A DNA stretch of 64,000 bases from contig NC_068989.1 of NCBI RefSeq assembly GCF_001194135.2, positions 95,353,283 through 95,417,282 of the forward strand, written 5' to 3'. The notes under the pieces were generated by a model. The model was not told the origin of the DNA and did no database searches. It saw only the letters and a list, made by a program, of their open reading frames with translations. Shown here piece by piece: positions 49,921 to 64,000 of the stretch (position 1 is the first letter of the stretch; each line of letters begins with the position of its first letter). A program made the translations under genes and the position numbers. The stretch is from Octopus bimaculoides (taxonomy: Eukaryota).

Positions 49921-51567
49921 NNNNNNNNNNNNNNNNNNNNNNGTGTGTATATGTGTGTGTATATATGTGTGTGTGGGTGTGTCATGAAAGACACATAAAT
50001 TACTGCTAAACTAATTCAGTGAAACCTCGCAACTGATTTCTGCTCAACATGGTGGCCATTATTGAAACATCAAACATAGATGTCATAAAAACGTATTAGA
50101 AATTTATTAGACGAGTATTGCTGGTATTCTTTATTTAGGAAGAGGACATCTAACGGTTGATGACTGAACCAATTAAATATAAACATGAGATGAGGTTAAT
50201 AAACCAGAAAGCTTTAATTAAATCAATTTCTTCTTTTTTTTTTATTATTTGAACAAACAAAGCAAAAACACTTTGTAAAATTGATGTGAAGCGTTTGAAA
50301 TTCAGTTGTCAATCTTGTTTTCATGAAGGATGAAGAAGACAAGGGTTTAAAGGGATCTATCAACTGTATTTGTTGCAAAAATATACTTAAGAGATAAACT
50401 TTTGATTAATGAGGATAAATTGCCAAAGACAAATCAATTTTTTTTTTCTTAAGAAGTTAGTATGTGTTTAATTGTAACCAGTCTTAACCAAGACATCTGC
50501 TGTAAATGTGCCAGATGCTGTGAATAAATAATAATAATAAAAGAAGGTGTTGCATTAAAATGTAGCTAAAATATCAGGCAATATAGAAAGAAAGAATTTT
50601 GGATGGAAATGCAATCATGTGTTTTGTGAATGAAATGTTTTCTGGAAAAAAACAAGAAAAAACTTTTGAAATTTATCTACGATAAAAGTAACAAAATAGA
50701 AATGAAGAAATGAAACAAAATAAGTTATTAATTTTTTGTTAATAAGCAAGAACTTTAACATGATTTTTAAAAACTTTATTTATAATTTTTACTATAAAAT
50801 ATCTCTTTAGTTTCTGTTTTTTATTGTTTTTTTTTTTTACACAAAACTGTAACATTTGTATAGTTAAACAAATGGGAATAAACAAAATAATAATAATAAT
50901 AAAACCCAAATAAAATAAAAACCAAGCCTTGACCAAAACTATTCAAGTTAAATACAAATTAGCCATCACCCCTACGTGATGATTTTCATCCCTTTCAATG
51001 TTTTTTCTGTTGCTGTTTAATGAGGTTAAATATTTCAAGTTTGGAAAGAAATGGATGCAACTAAACAACAAAATGTACCCTGAATAAACTGTCAATTCGA
51101 ATTGTAGGTCAACCATTTCACAGATGAAAAAAAGATTTATTAGAGTTCTACAATAGCATTAAATCATTTTAACAGAATCAGTTTTTATAACATACGGAAA
51201 TTACTTTTACCTTTTTTATGTCCAGAAATGTGAATGTCATTTGATTTCCTTTGCATGGTTCTATCACTTTTTTTATTGATTACATTTTTAATTTATTCCT
51301 AGTTTTAGTCTTCCTATGTTCCATTACACTCACTTAATTGGTTTCTGATACTGACTCCCCTCACCCCATCTCCCTTCCCCTGATCAACTTTTACTGTTTC
51401 TGTTGACAACTAATGTAGATTGTCAGAATAATCAAGAACTGCTAAGTCAATACAGTAATAGACACAATATTTTCTGGGGTTTTTTTTGGTCTGCTATTGT
51501 TGCTAACCTCACAAGGAAACCAGGAGAAGAATGAAAAGTGAGAGAATGATATAACACACAAAATACA

Positions 51568-51613
<46 letters not shown>

Positions 51614-52737
51614 ACCAGTGAATCCAAACTAACAAGAAAAAAATAACAATAAAAAACAAAACAAAAAAAGAGAAAAAAACCCAAAAGGCCCCCTCCCCTA
51701 CATTGTCACATTATTTGGACTAAATGAAAGTCTGAACAGTTTTTATTTGTTATGATTTTTTAATTCATTTGATTTTTTTTATAAACTTAATCAATAATTT
51801 TCTTTTCTTTCTATCTATAAACTGTATTGACATTAGGTTCAAAGCTATAATTAAATTTGTAATTAATTCCATTATTTTTCTTTAAAGTTAAACTTTTTAA
51901 TAAAGTAATTAAAATACATGTTGTAAATGTAACAACGACAAAAAGAAGAGAAAAAAACAATAAACAAAATGATAAAATTTTGTACTTATTTAGCTTGCAG
52001 AGGAAATAACATAATTAATGCTGAGAAAAAAAGAAAGAAAAAAGCTCTTTTACTCTTCACCTCTCACTAAAATCTAAACATTAAGTAGAGATTAAACTGA
52101 GCTAAAACATCATGATGTTCATTAAAAAGGTTAAATGCTTTTAAAAAAACACACAGCAGCAGAAATGGAATCATAGAATCCAGAAGCTATTCAAAATCTG
52201 TAAAATGTAGACTTTAACTTTTTCCATAAAATACTATTTCATATAATAACAGCCATTTAATGTTGCAGGTGAATTAAAAGATGGGATGAATGTGTGTGCG
52301 TGCACGCGTATGTGTGTGTATGCACGTGTGATGTCTAGAAAGCATAGTTTAGCTAAACAATATGGTTAGATGAATTAGAATATCTGAACAATTTTTATAC
52401 CCAACTAAAGTAAAACAAATTTAATAATAATAATAATCGAATGACAACAACATCTTCCAACACATACTGACTGCCAGGAGAATGATAAATATAGGTTCGG
52501 ACAGAGCTTTTCTATCCAATAGCTGCACTCTTGACTGGAGGGAAACATAGGCTGTAGTTAGCTGATAATCTGTGTGGAACATGTGTTTGTACCTTTCTCA
52601 TTGTGTGTGTGTGTGTAAGCATAGAAAATAAGTCAACAGCATTATATATATGCGCATGTGTGTGTGTTTTAACATCAGTTTGACTCAGCCCAAGATTACT
52701 TAAGGTTTCATGAGTGTAGGACATGTCCACTTCATCA

Positions 52738-52810
52738 GAGAGAGAGAGAGAGATGGGGGAGAGGAAGAGAGACAGAGAGATGGGGGAGAGGAAGAGAGAC
52801 AGAGAGATGG
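52738..52810. repeat. Purine-rich 27-bp tandem repeat (about 2.5 copies)
   Basis: GAGATGGGGGAGAGGAAGAGAGACAGA repeated. Confidence 0.85.
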
Positions 52811-54280
52811 ATGAATGAAGTTTTTAGCTATTTCTTTTATGACAGTAAGAATAAGAAGTGCAAATTGTTTATAGTTAAATCTTGCCAAACACCCCCATCA
52901 GATACAGACAAGCATGGTACCACTCACGTGTGTACAAAGACACTTCAGTTTTCAACTTACAACAAATTTCTCCCAACTTCATTATTCTCATTAACACTGT
53001 TTTCTACACACCCAACATTATATATGTGAGAGTGTATATATGCATATACCAATGTTTAGTATTAACATTCATACAAATTCACAATCATAAGAAGAGAGCA
53101 AAAACTGATTGGTGCCCTTACAACAAATTTAGCAGTAATTTATCTTAGGATGGCTTCATATAAAGGACGGATTTTATATACTGATACTGAATCAGCAGCT
53201 GTATATAACCACAAGTAAAAAAAAATACCGAGTTAACTGAGTTTGACTTAAACCATAAACTTTTAACTAAATGTCTGGGATGATTTGTTAAAATTTTCCA
53301 CTAAAATGGGTCGAAAATGTCTTTGAAAATATTTTACATCTTTCTATATTTTGCTTGATTTGATCTCCAGAAATGAACTGATGTGCTACTGTTTTTTCCT
53401 TGGATATGTACCAAATATCATCCCCTGCTTAACCCCAGGCAGAGAAGGTTTCAACCATTTGGAGTTCAGTGATCTCTTTTATCAAATTGTGTTTTACAAA
53501 TGAAGCCTTTACAAGTTTTTCAAAACTAAGAGAACAACCAATGACATAATTAAACAGAAGCTAATTAAGTGCAGTGGTTTGCTAATTGTATGCCATCTAA
53601 CACATTCCATTTTTTTTTTAGATATTTGTGCACATTAATAACCCTAAAGTTAAATTTTGGTGAAAATTATTAAAGAACGAGAAGTCTTATATCATGGAAA
53701 TATATTGGAGACTGTATGTTTNNNNNNNNNNNNNNNNNNNNNNNNNNNNNNNNNNNNNNNNNNNNNNNNNNNNNNNNNNNNNNNNNNNNNNNNNNNNNNN
53801 NNNNNNNNNNNNNNNNNNNNNNNNNNNNNNNNNNNNNNNNNNNNNNNNNNNNNNNNNNNNNNNNNNNNNNNNNNNNNNNNNNNNNNNNNNNNNNNNNNNN
53901 NNNNNNNNNNNNNNNNNNNNNNNNNNNNNNNNNNNNNNNNNNNNNNNNNNNNNNNNNNNNNNNNNNNNNNNNNNNNNNNNNNNNNNNNNNNNNNNNNNNN
54001 NNNNNNNNNNNNNNNNNNNNNNNNNNNNNNNNNNNNNNNNNNNNNNNNNNNNNNNNNNNNNNNNNNNNNNNNNNNNNNNNNNNNNNNNNNNNNNNNNNNN
54101 NNNNNNNNNNNNNNNNNNNNNNNNNNNNNNNNNNNNNNNNNNNNNNNNNNNNNNNNNNNNNNNNNNNNNNNNNNNNNNNNNNNNNNNNNNNNNNNNNNNN
54201 NNNNNNNNNNNNNNNNNNNNNNNNNNNNNNNNNNNNNNNNNNNNNNNNNNNNNNNNNNNNNNNNNNNNNNNNNNNNNNNN

Positions 54281-54336
<56 letters not shown>

Positions 54337-56543
54337 TGTACATATGTATGTATATAAAACAGTTGAAGAGTTTTGCCTTGCTGTTGACTGGTCTTTCATC
54401 AACTATGACCCACACCTCAGCAAAAAGCAACTAAATGAAGTGTCTGATCAACATTTATGGTTGTGGCAAACTCAAGGAATGTTTTCCTACGATTTACAAC
54501 TCAAAATAATATATGGTCCCTGTTGAAAAGCAAACACTGTGTTTTTAACTTTAATTTGATTAGATTTGGCTGTTATGGTGGTGGTAGTGTAGTTACTTTT
54601 GCTAATTGGGCTAAGATTATTTGTTAATGACTTTTTTTTTACCTTTTCTAAAAGAATTATAGGAGTTATTTTCATAAAGATTATCTAATTTGATATTATT
54701 ATCTTAATAAGAAGACATGCACAAAAGACAAAAAAAAAAAAAAATGATTGTCCCATCTTAATGTAAATATTTCATAGAGTTTGAAATTTTTACTAAACAT
54801 ATTAGAAAAAGCAAGAAAAAAAAGAATGAAAATAAAAAAGATTTGTTATAAGGAAATATAAAAGAAAATTAAATGAGAAAACCAAATGACCAAAATAGGC
54901 AAAAATGAAACTGTTTTTTTTTGTTTTTTTTTGCTTCAGAAGTATATCTATATCAAAAATATACAACGCCATTTCAGTGCATGGACAGGAATAATTGAAA
55001 ATAAGAGCAGTTCAAAGCTTTGCAAAAGAAAGATATCATTAAATGTTTTCTGCCAATATTCATTAATTTTTAGAAATAATTTTTTAAGCAATAAAATCAA
55101 TCAACTGCCAGAAACATTTATAAAATAGTGAAGTGGGTGAAACTGTCAGAAAGTTTTCAGTTATGTCATTTTGAAAAATGTTGAGAAAAGTAAAAACAAT
55201 TGTTGAAATGAAAATGCCACAGCAACTAAACAATATGGAATAGGAAATAAGTTTTAAGGAACTAAGTTTTAGGTTTCGCTATAATTTTGTTGTGAGTGAA
55301 GAAAGGAAAAGAAAAACAGGGAAAACTGTTTGCATATATTACACATAGATGTATGTAAATTTATGCAGAATATACGAATTATGCTATTATTTGTCTTATG
55401 ACAAGAAACCTTGCTTCTATGCTTAAAATAACAGCAACATAAAAGCTGAGTTATTTCTGGTGCACTCAATATTGGCAAGATTTTCAGAATCTAGTTAGCC
55501 TTGATCTTCCTCATTTCCAACTATCTTAACATTAACTAAACTGAAAAAATCACCATCAAAATTAGGAACAAGAATAATTAAATCTGAATATTTGGCAGAC
55601 TTTATAGTTTAATAGTTTGTTGTATTTTTGTAAAAAGATGGAAATATTTTTGTTATGACACATTTCATCCCTCCCACCACCACTGCATTTCACTATTTTA
55701 CTTTTTAATTCTTTGCTAAAATTTATTTAACTAACTGATAAGACCTGACAAGTCTTTTAACAAAATTATGTATTTTTAAGATTCCTACCAAAATATTTTA
55801 GCAGAAAACTTATGTAAGCAAGCAAACAATGTCATTCAAATAATTGAAAAAAATATTTATACTTTCTTAGTGTTAATGAGGATACCAAAAAAAGAAAAAT
55901 CAAAAATAAAATAAAAAAATTAAAAACAATCTTTTAAACAATAGCGTGACAATAAAAATGAGAAGAAAGGGGGGAAAAAATCAATAAAGTCATAAATAAC
56001 AGTTACTAATGAAATCTTTTGTAGTAAATCAATGATTTTAAGATATATAATCATAAGTGGGGAGTGGGGAATCCAACTTGAAAAAGAAGAGTAAAAATAA
56101 AACTGATGATAGAGAAAAGGAAGATAAATTGATGCATGGCAATTAAACAAATATAAGTGAGACACATGACTGGCCGACCAACTGGTATCAAAGATAGAAA
56201 TAGTCAATTTCTAAATTTAGTTTCTGGAATGATGATAATTCTCCTCTCGCCAAATAAAACAAACAACACGTCCAGATATCAGATTGCTATTCAATGATAT
56301 TTAATAGATGTTAATAAATGAGATGTGACTCTCAAGGCAGAAAGCAAGCACAAAAGTTCAGCAGAGAACTCTATTGGTTTGTAAATTACTGCTTAGTTGG
56401 CTGATAACTAGGGAAAGTTGAGAATTGGCACAGGGGACAAAAAAAAAATTGTACATATCCCTTGTGAGATTAAATTGCAAAAGAAAGTGATAAAGTAGAT
56501 AATAATAACAACAATAACAATAATAATAATAATAATAATAATT

Positions 56544-56755
56544 CTTTCTACTAAAGGCACAAAGCCTGCAATTTTTTAGGAGGGGGATAAGTCAATTACA
56601 TCAACCCCAGTGACTCACTGGTACTTATTTCACTGACCCCAGAAGGATGAAAGGCAAAGTCAACCTTGGTGGAATTCGAACTCAGAATGTAGAGACAGAC
56701 AAAATGCTGATAAGCATTTCATTTGACGTGCTAACGACTCTGCCAGCTTGCTGCC

Positions 56756-56757
<2 letters not shown>
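56544..56757 (-). mobile_element. SINE family B between (AAT)n tracts
   Basis: GAAGGATGAAAGGCAAAGTCAACCTTGGTGGAATTCGAACTCAG..CTGCCAGCTTGCTGCCTT. Confidence 0.85.
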
Positions 56758-56801
<44 letters not shown>

Positions 56802-58231
56802 CAACAATAATAATAATAATAACAACTATAACAATAATATATAAGCTGAAGAGGCTCTGCTGTGTTCACTATTGCTCTTGAAATAGAGACTGGTTAATAA
56901 CATAATTTGAAGAAGAAATTTATTTGAATAAAACCTTTTATAAACATAATGCAATAAAGGAATCGGGGTGGGGGGTGGGGGATGGAACATTTCTACAAAC
57001 ATTCACTCTTGCTATTCAGTTTTGTAAGTCCTTTGCAGAAGACATCCTTATATCCTAACATATCTCAGAGAATTTTTATATCATATTTTCTTGTACATTT
57101 CATAAAAACTAATATCTGCTGAAACAACATCTTCAAGATTTTTTTTTTTTTTTTTTTAGATGGAAATTTGATATTTCAGAACAAGAGATTCTTTAATGGA
57201 TATTCTGGTACTTTGCAATTAAATGACCAGTTTAAACAGGAATAATTAACAGAAAAATAGTGGACTTTTTGGAATTTCAAAAATAAACAATGATCAACAA
57301 GAACAATAATTCATGTAAGAGAGAGAAATGAAATTTGCCTTTCATATTTTTCCTATCAAAGATGGATTTAATCTATAATCTTTGACAGTGGCTGGAATGG
57401 TTGCCTAAAAAAGGTCACTGCTCAATACTGGCATTACTGAAGGAGGAGGTGCTGCATAAGATTGTTCAAAAGTTCTCTGATTCTAAGACATATTCCAAGG
57501 TTTTGCATTGTTTTGTCTTCTAAACATTTTTTTTACACTTATTCAGTGTATTCTTTCTTATTTCTAGAGAAAGAGATTAGTTCCAGCTAATTAAATGGCT
57601 TATAGTTAATTAACATAGATATGTATTAAAATATGAAAATACAGGAGTTAAAAAAAAAAACAACCTTTATGCATTATTTCAGCAAACAAGATAAACAAAT
57701 AAAAGAGAAAAAGAAAAAAAAAATAGAATTTAATCCAATAAAAGATATATGAGAAGAACAGGATTAACTATTTAGGTTAAGTTCAGAAACAAGAGACATT
57801 TTGTGGAAGATGATACAACTGCATCAGTTTATAACAGTAACAGATCCTAACCTAGTAAGGTAGGTCATGGAAAAAGAAGATCAAATCTTCAGTCCATAAG
57901 CAACAGAATATTATAAGATTATTTCCTCTCAGCCAATATTTCCCTTCCAGATTTGATTATTTTAACATTAATCTGTTCAAAACTTGCTTCTATTAAAGTA
58001 TTCAAATTTTAAATTTAAATCTTGAACTGAAATATTATTATGATATAAAATATAATTAGATTATTATGATATAAAACAATTAGATTTTCATAGTTACATG
58101 TTAGTTTCTGTTAATTCGAAAGTGAGTTATTTCACTAAACCTCTCGTAATTCATGATTCTTTTAAAAAATTAACACACAAAGGCAGAATGTATTTTTGTT
58201 AGAGACACTGTCGCAAAAGGGTTAACAAGAC

Positions 58232-58336
<105 letters not shown>

Positions 58337-59954
58337 CATATATATATACATACATATATATATACAGACATACATACACACACACACATATATATATGAA
58401 AATGTTCATGTTTCTTTGCCAAAGATATGCTTTTAATTGATAATGACAAAGTTATTTAACTTTTTATTCATTTATTTGTTTATTTTTTTTGCTCTCTGTC
58501 AAAAATCTCTGGAACGCATCACCCAACAAAAATTATTTTGCTAACAAATGCCTGCCACTAACAATGTGCCAGACTGAACACTAGATGGTGCTAAAAACAA
58601 AAAATAAAACAATTTTTTCTTTATTTAGAATATTTTAACATTTGTTATCAACTGTCCTTAAGGAAGATTTTAAAATAAGCTTCATGAGAGAGACTGAAAA
58701 TGAAAAAGAAAAAATTTCTAAACAAGGAAAGAAGAAATAGAAGTTTCAGAAAATATAAATAAATAAATAAAGTAACATTTGAACTATAAGTTCCTTTTTT
58801 CTAAACCTTTTATGAAAAGCAAAATTTATAAAATACAAAAGACATTTCTGGTTTTGGACTTTATATATATATTTTTTCTTTCTTTTTTTCTTTTCTTTTT
58901 TTTTTTTGCAACAAGAAAAATATTCATATTCAAAATCATTTCAAGCATTCTAATGATTAACATAAAAGATATCACATCAACTTGCAGAAATGATTTTGGA
59001 ACAAATAAATATGGAATGGACCGAACTGCAATCTTCAAAGTGTCAGAAGATATCACAATAGAAGTTTTATTGTCAAAGAAATGAATTTTTTAATGCCTGG
59101 GTGAGTGTGATGGTTGATCTCTGTCATTTGATGAGGAGAATTCAGTTGTTTGGTCAACTGAGTTATCAGCTCTTGAACTAACATGCGTACGGTTGAACAT
59201 TCTGCAGGCACATGTACCCTTCATGTAATCGTCAGGCAAAGTCTGCATGACATGCTGTGTGACCTTTCTGATACAATCCATCCATCTGATGGCACTAAGT
59301 GACACTAAGTGGGATTACTACCAGAGAATGCTAAGAACATTTTCAAAAGACTCGGAAACAAATGCAAAAAAGTTTAGAGCTTGTGAAAGTTTTAAAACTG
59401 AATTTCTTAAAAAGGAATTATGCTTTATATGTTTGGAAAAATAAAGGGAAAATTCAATGAAAATAATAAAACAAAAATGCTTAAATGTATCAACAGTGAT
59501 CTTACCTGCCAAAAACCCAACATATAAATGCATATATAAACCCAATCCTTTACACACACACACACACACACATGCACTAACAATATGTTAAATATCGTTT
59601 TTGTTAATATTGAGGGACAAAATTACAAAAGTACTAAATACAATATGGTGTTAGAAGTATGTTAATTCTAGAAGATCTATTGCATAGATCAAGACAGATC
59701 AATGTAATTCTTTCTCTCTATATATATGTATATATAAATATGTATGTATGTCTGTATGTATGCATGCATGTACACAATATATATATATTTTATATGATGA
59801 TGATGATGATATAATATATATATATATTTATATAAGTGCTGGGGGTTGATTCATTCTACTAAAACTTCTTCAAGGCAGTGCTGCCCCAGCATGGCTGCAA
59901 TCTAATGGGTGAAACAAGTGGAAAATAAAAGAAAAAAATACAATATATATGATA

Positions 59955-60014
<60 letters not shown>

Positions 60015-62489
60015 TGTGTGTGTGTGTGTATATTATATATAATAAATATATAACACTGCCAAGTTTTAAATAAAAATAAACATCCACAGTTACACCAACA
60101 CTTATATATGTGCATAGATTTAAACATATATAAGTCAGTTCACTATATACACATTTTTGTATGCCAGTATATCTGTAAGTACACAGACATGTACATGCAC
60201 ACACATACACACATATTTATATATTTATTAGAACACAATATTTTTTGTCAGGAATTGATAAAATAAAATTTTTTTTTGAGAAGGCAGTGAAGCCATATTT
60301 CATTATTTAAAATTGTTGTTGTATAATTTGATCTAATCGTTTAGAAATCCTGAAATCTATTAAATTAATTTTTAACTTTTGAACCAACTGTTTATAAAGC
60401 TTCTTTACAAAAACCTTTCTCTATTTGCTTTTTACATGTGCACAGTCTGTTGAATGAAGATGCTCTACTAAACACTACACCAACTGAAGAATATATTGGT
60501 CTGGTATGAGGAAACAGAAGAGTGTAACATTCTGAGCAGAATTCTTTAAGAAAGAAAGGGAGAGAGAGAGAGAGAGATCTTATAATACTTGGTACTTGTA
60601 CCTGATGGTACATGTTCTGCCACCATTTTTTCATTTTGTAACCATCTATACTCACTAATTACCAATGCAGACTGTCACTCGTTATCTCAGATCCTCGTCT
60701 TCACAGAAATAATTTCATTAAGTGGAAGAAATAATTCCTTTTAAATTTGTTGATTGATGCATGTCATGCTACAGCAGCAAAGCACAACACTTGTAACGGC
60801 AGCACCAGAGGTTCAATAGCAAGTATAATTCTCTTTGTTTTTAGAATTAAAACTTTAAAAAAAAAAAACATTTTAAACTGGAAAATGTTGAGTTTTAGAG
60901 AAATATCAATAACTGAACTGATACTTATCAAAACATAAGTGATGCCTTCAGACAATTCGGGTCATTAAGTGGTTTCCATTTAATGTTTTTTGCTAGATGT
61001 GTGTGTGTGTATGTAGAGGTGCACACAAATTTATATACAATATATACATATATATATATGCAAGTATGTATGTGTGTGTATATATATACACACACACATA
61101 ATGTATATGCAATGTATATAAAATATGTATACACAAGCATGTGTGTGTATGTATATATTGACAGATGGATAGATAGAAATAGATTTATAGTCCCTATATT
61201 TAAACAGAATACAAATTAATTTTTGTGTTTATTGTATAATGAAAATTATATTTCATAGCAACACCTGCTAACATGTGTAAAAGGAAGAAACAGTTTACTG
61301 TTATAATTATGGAGATCTCTGTTATACTTGCATTGAAGCCAAGGAAGATTTGTCTGCAAACATTCAAACACCAGACCCAACACATAAGAAAAGCAATTTC
61401 TATTAGGAATATATATGTTATTTTGAAAGATGCATTAATTAGAAATGAAATGAGCTAAACTAACAACTTAACAGTGTTTCTGAATCCAACAAGAGACAAG
61501 ACCTCACACATTTCATAACAAATTAGATTAGAGAGGAATATTTTGAAAATAAAATAGTATTCTTTGTAATAATTCTGAAGATGAAAAGCAAGAATTTTTC
61601 AAATGGTAATTTATCTTTAAAAGCAGCAGTCATGAAAGAGAAAATTTGTAAGGCCTGCATTCAGTTTATGGCACTTCTGTTTCCACAAGTTCATAATACT
61701 TACGTTTCATTGAAACTCAATGATAATAACTATTATTCATTTTGCTGCTACAATGTTTTAAAGAGAAGGAAAACAACAAACATCATCAACAAATTAGAAA
61801 TATTTTGATCTGAATATTAAAAAAATTATAGGCTGAATTGTATTTTGTGATCTGATCTTCAAAGAAAATAAGATACCCTGGGGGAGCTTCAAATGTAGTT
61901 TTTTTGCAGTTATTCATAATAATACAGCAGTTTAAAAAATATCTTCTCAGTCAGCACAAGATGAAAAATAAATAAAAGGACAACTTGATACTGCCTGGTT
62001 GTATTTAATTGATGTTTCCTGTTGCATTTTATGAATATTAAGGAATAGGAACAGGAAAAATTAGTAGACATAAAAGTACATATTTTATAAGTGAACTATG
62101 GATGCTATTAATGTAAAGCATTAATATTCTGTCCATTTATTTTAAGAGATCTAAGAAAACTTTTGGAATTTCACAGCATACGAGCATTAAGTTCTCAAGA
62201 AATTCAATCTAAATATCCTCCATAGATTATTAATTTCCAAAGTTCAAAAGATGCAATATAATTTAACTAAATTTCTAACTAATGCTGTTTAATAAATTTT
62301 AATACTTGACAGACTTATTAGAATGTGAAAAAGAAATTAAGAAAAACCAAATGGCTTAAGTCAATCTGAACCTGGCAAAGATTAGAAGAATGAGCATTTT
62401 GAGTTGCTGAAGGAGTGGGAATCTCTGAAGGATAGATTTTGGGAGGAGGGGTAAGAGGGGGAGTGCTGGCTAATGTACTTATACATATA

Positions 62490-62521
<32 letters not shown>

Positions 62522-63235
62522 NNNNNNNNNNNNNNNNNNNNNNNNNNNNNNNNNNNNNNNNNNNNNNNNNNNNNNNNNNNNNNNNNNNNNNNNNNNNNNN
62601 NNNNNNNNNNNNNNNNNNNNNNNNNNNNNNNNNNNNNNNNNNNNNNNNNNNNNNNNNNNNNNNNNNNNNNNNNNNNNNNNNNNNNNNNNNNNNNNNNNNN
62701 NNNNNNNNNNNNNNNNNNNNNNNNNNNNNNNNNNNNNNNNNNNNNNNNNNNNNNNNNNNNNNNNNNNNNNNNNNNNNNNNNNNNNNNNNNNNNNNNNNNN
62801 NNNNNNNNNNNNNNNNNNNNNNNNNNNNNNNNNNNNNNNNNNNNNNNNNNNNNNNNNNNNNNNNNNNNNNNNNNNNNNNNNNNNNNNNNNNNNNNNNNNN
62901 NNNNNNNNNNNNNNNNNNNNNNNNNNNNNNNNNNNNNNNNNNNNNNNNNNNNNNNNNNNNNNNNNNNNNNNNNNNNNNNNNNNNNNNNNNNNNNNNNNNN
63001 NNNNNNNNNNNNNNNNNNNNNNNNNNNNNNNNNNNNNNNNNNNNNNNNNNNNNNNNNNNNNNNNNNNNNNNNNNNNNNNNNNNNNNNNNNNNNNNNNNNN
63101 NNNNNNNNNNNNNNNNNNNNNNNNNNNNNNNNNNNNNNNNNNNNNNNNNNNNNNNNNNNNNNNNNNNNNNNNNNNNNNNNNNNNNNNNNNNNNNNNNNNN
63201 NNNNNNNNNNNNNNNNNNNNNNNNNNNNNNNNNNN

Positions 63236-63273
<38 letters not shown>

Positions 63274-64000
63274 TATACTTATATAAAGAAAAAGAGACAA
63301 AGAAAAAGAAATGGTATGTTTATTGTAAGTTTCCAGTATGGAAGTGATCTACTGTATATGTTTAGCTTTTATCAAAAAATATTGAATGAATCTCTAAATA
63401 AAACAATGAAATGAGCAAGAAAAGAAAAGAAATGAAGTGTATTAAGGAGAAAGGGTGATGATTGTTTTTCAAGGATTTAAAACATTGAACAGAAAGCCTT
63501 AGTTATACGTTTAGCTAAATCAAACCAGAAGAAAAGGGTAAGCAGCAAAATGGAAATCATTTTGGACTTACTATAACAGTTTTGATATCACAAATGTTAT
63601 GATTTACTTAAAAATAAAAATCTTTGTAATTTACTAACGCAGTAATCACTTGCTGTTTTGTATTTTGTTAAAAGTGCCATCTAGTGTTCATTATGCCAAC
63701 AAAGGGCACCCATCAAGGCCAAAAAAAGGCCATTCTTTAAAAGAAAAAAAAAAATTAAAAAAACAAAACAAAACGTCCCTTGGAACAGAGACTACATTTA
63801 ATGAAAGGATCCATACAAAATACCTTAAAACAGGTGTATATATTATTGAATTTTATTTATTTTATTATAAAAAAATTTTTCTTGTAACGTCCGAACTAAA
63901 ACATCTCTCATTTTTGATTTAAAATCTTCATACCATTGAATGAAATGCCTTCGACGATTTGCTTTCTGTACTTGGCTCATTGCTGCCTCTTTTTCTAAAA

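Overview
AT-rich, repeat-dense, non-prokaryotic-looking DNA with nine N-gaps and very many micro- and minisatellites. The dispersed SINE families look like those I recall from octopus genomes; that taxon is an inference. No intact protein-coding gene can be supported. Almost every entry in the ORF track is a translation of microsatellites, N-gaps or a 15-bp tandem array. Recognisable coding remnants are all transposon-derived: maT/DD37D-like, mariner, Tc1, hAT, Helitron Rep, a Penelope-like RT plus GIY-YIG element, two R4/Dong-like RLE retrotransposon pieces and RTE-like LINE pieces. There are also three SINE-like families in many copies and several MITEs. The most unusual structure is a ~3-kb head-to-head palindromic array of a 15-mer (33437-36411). 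It has matching terminal variant units, a higher-order module in one arm only, and a TEAD-type ACATTCC motif in its consensus. Two well-formed minimal hammerhead ribozyme motifs (25761-25795, 32956-32990) and two decayed ones are also present. A few candidate exons and promoter signals are reported at low confidence. SINE and pseudogene boundaries are approximate.
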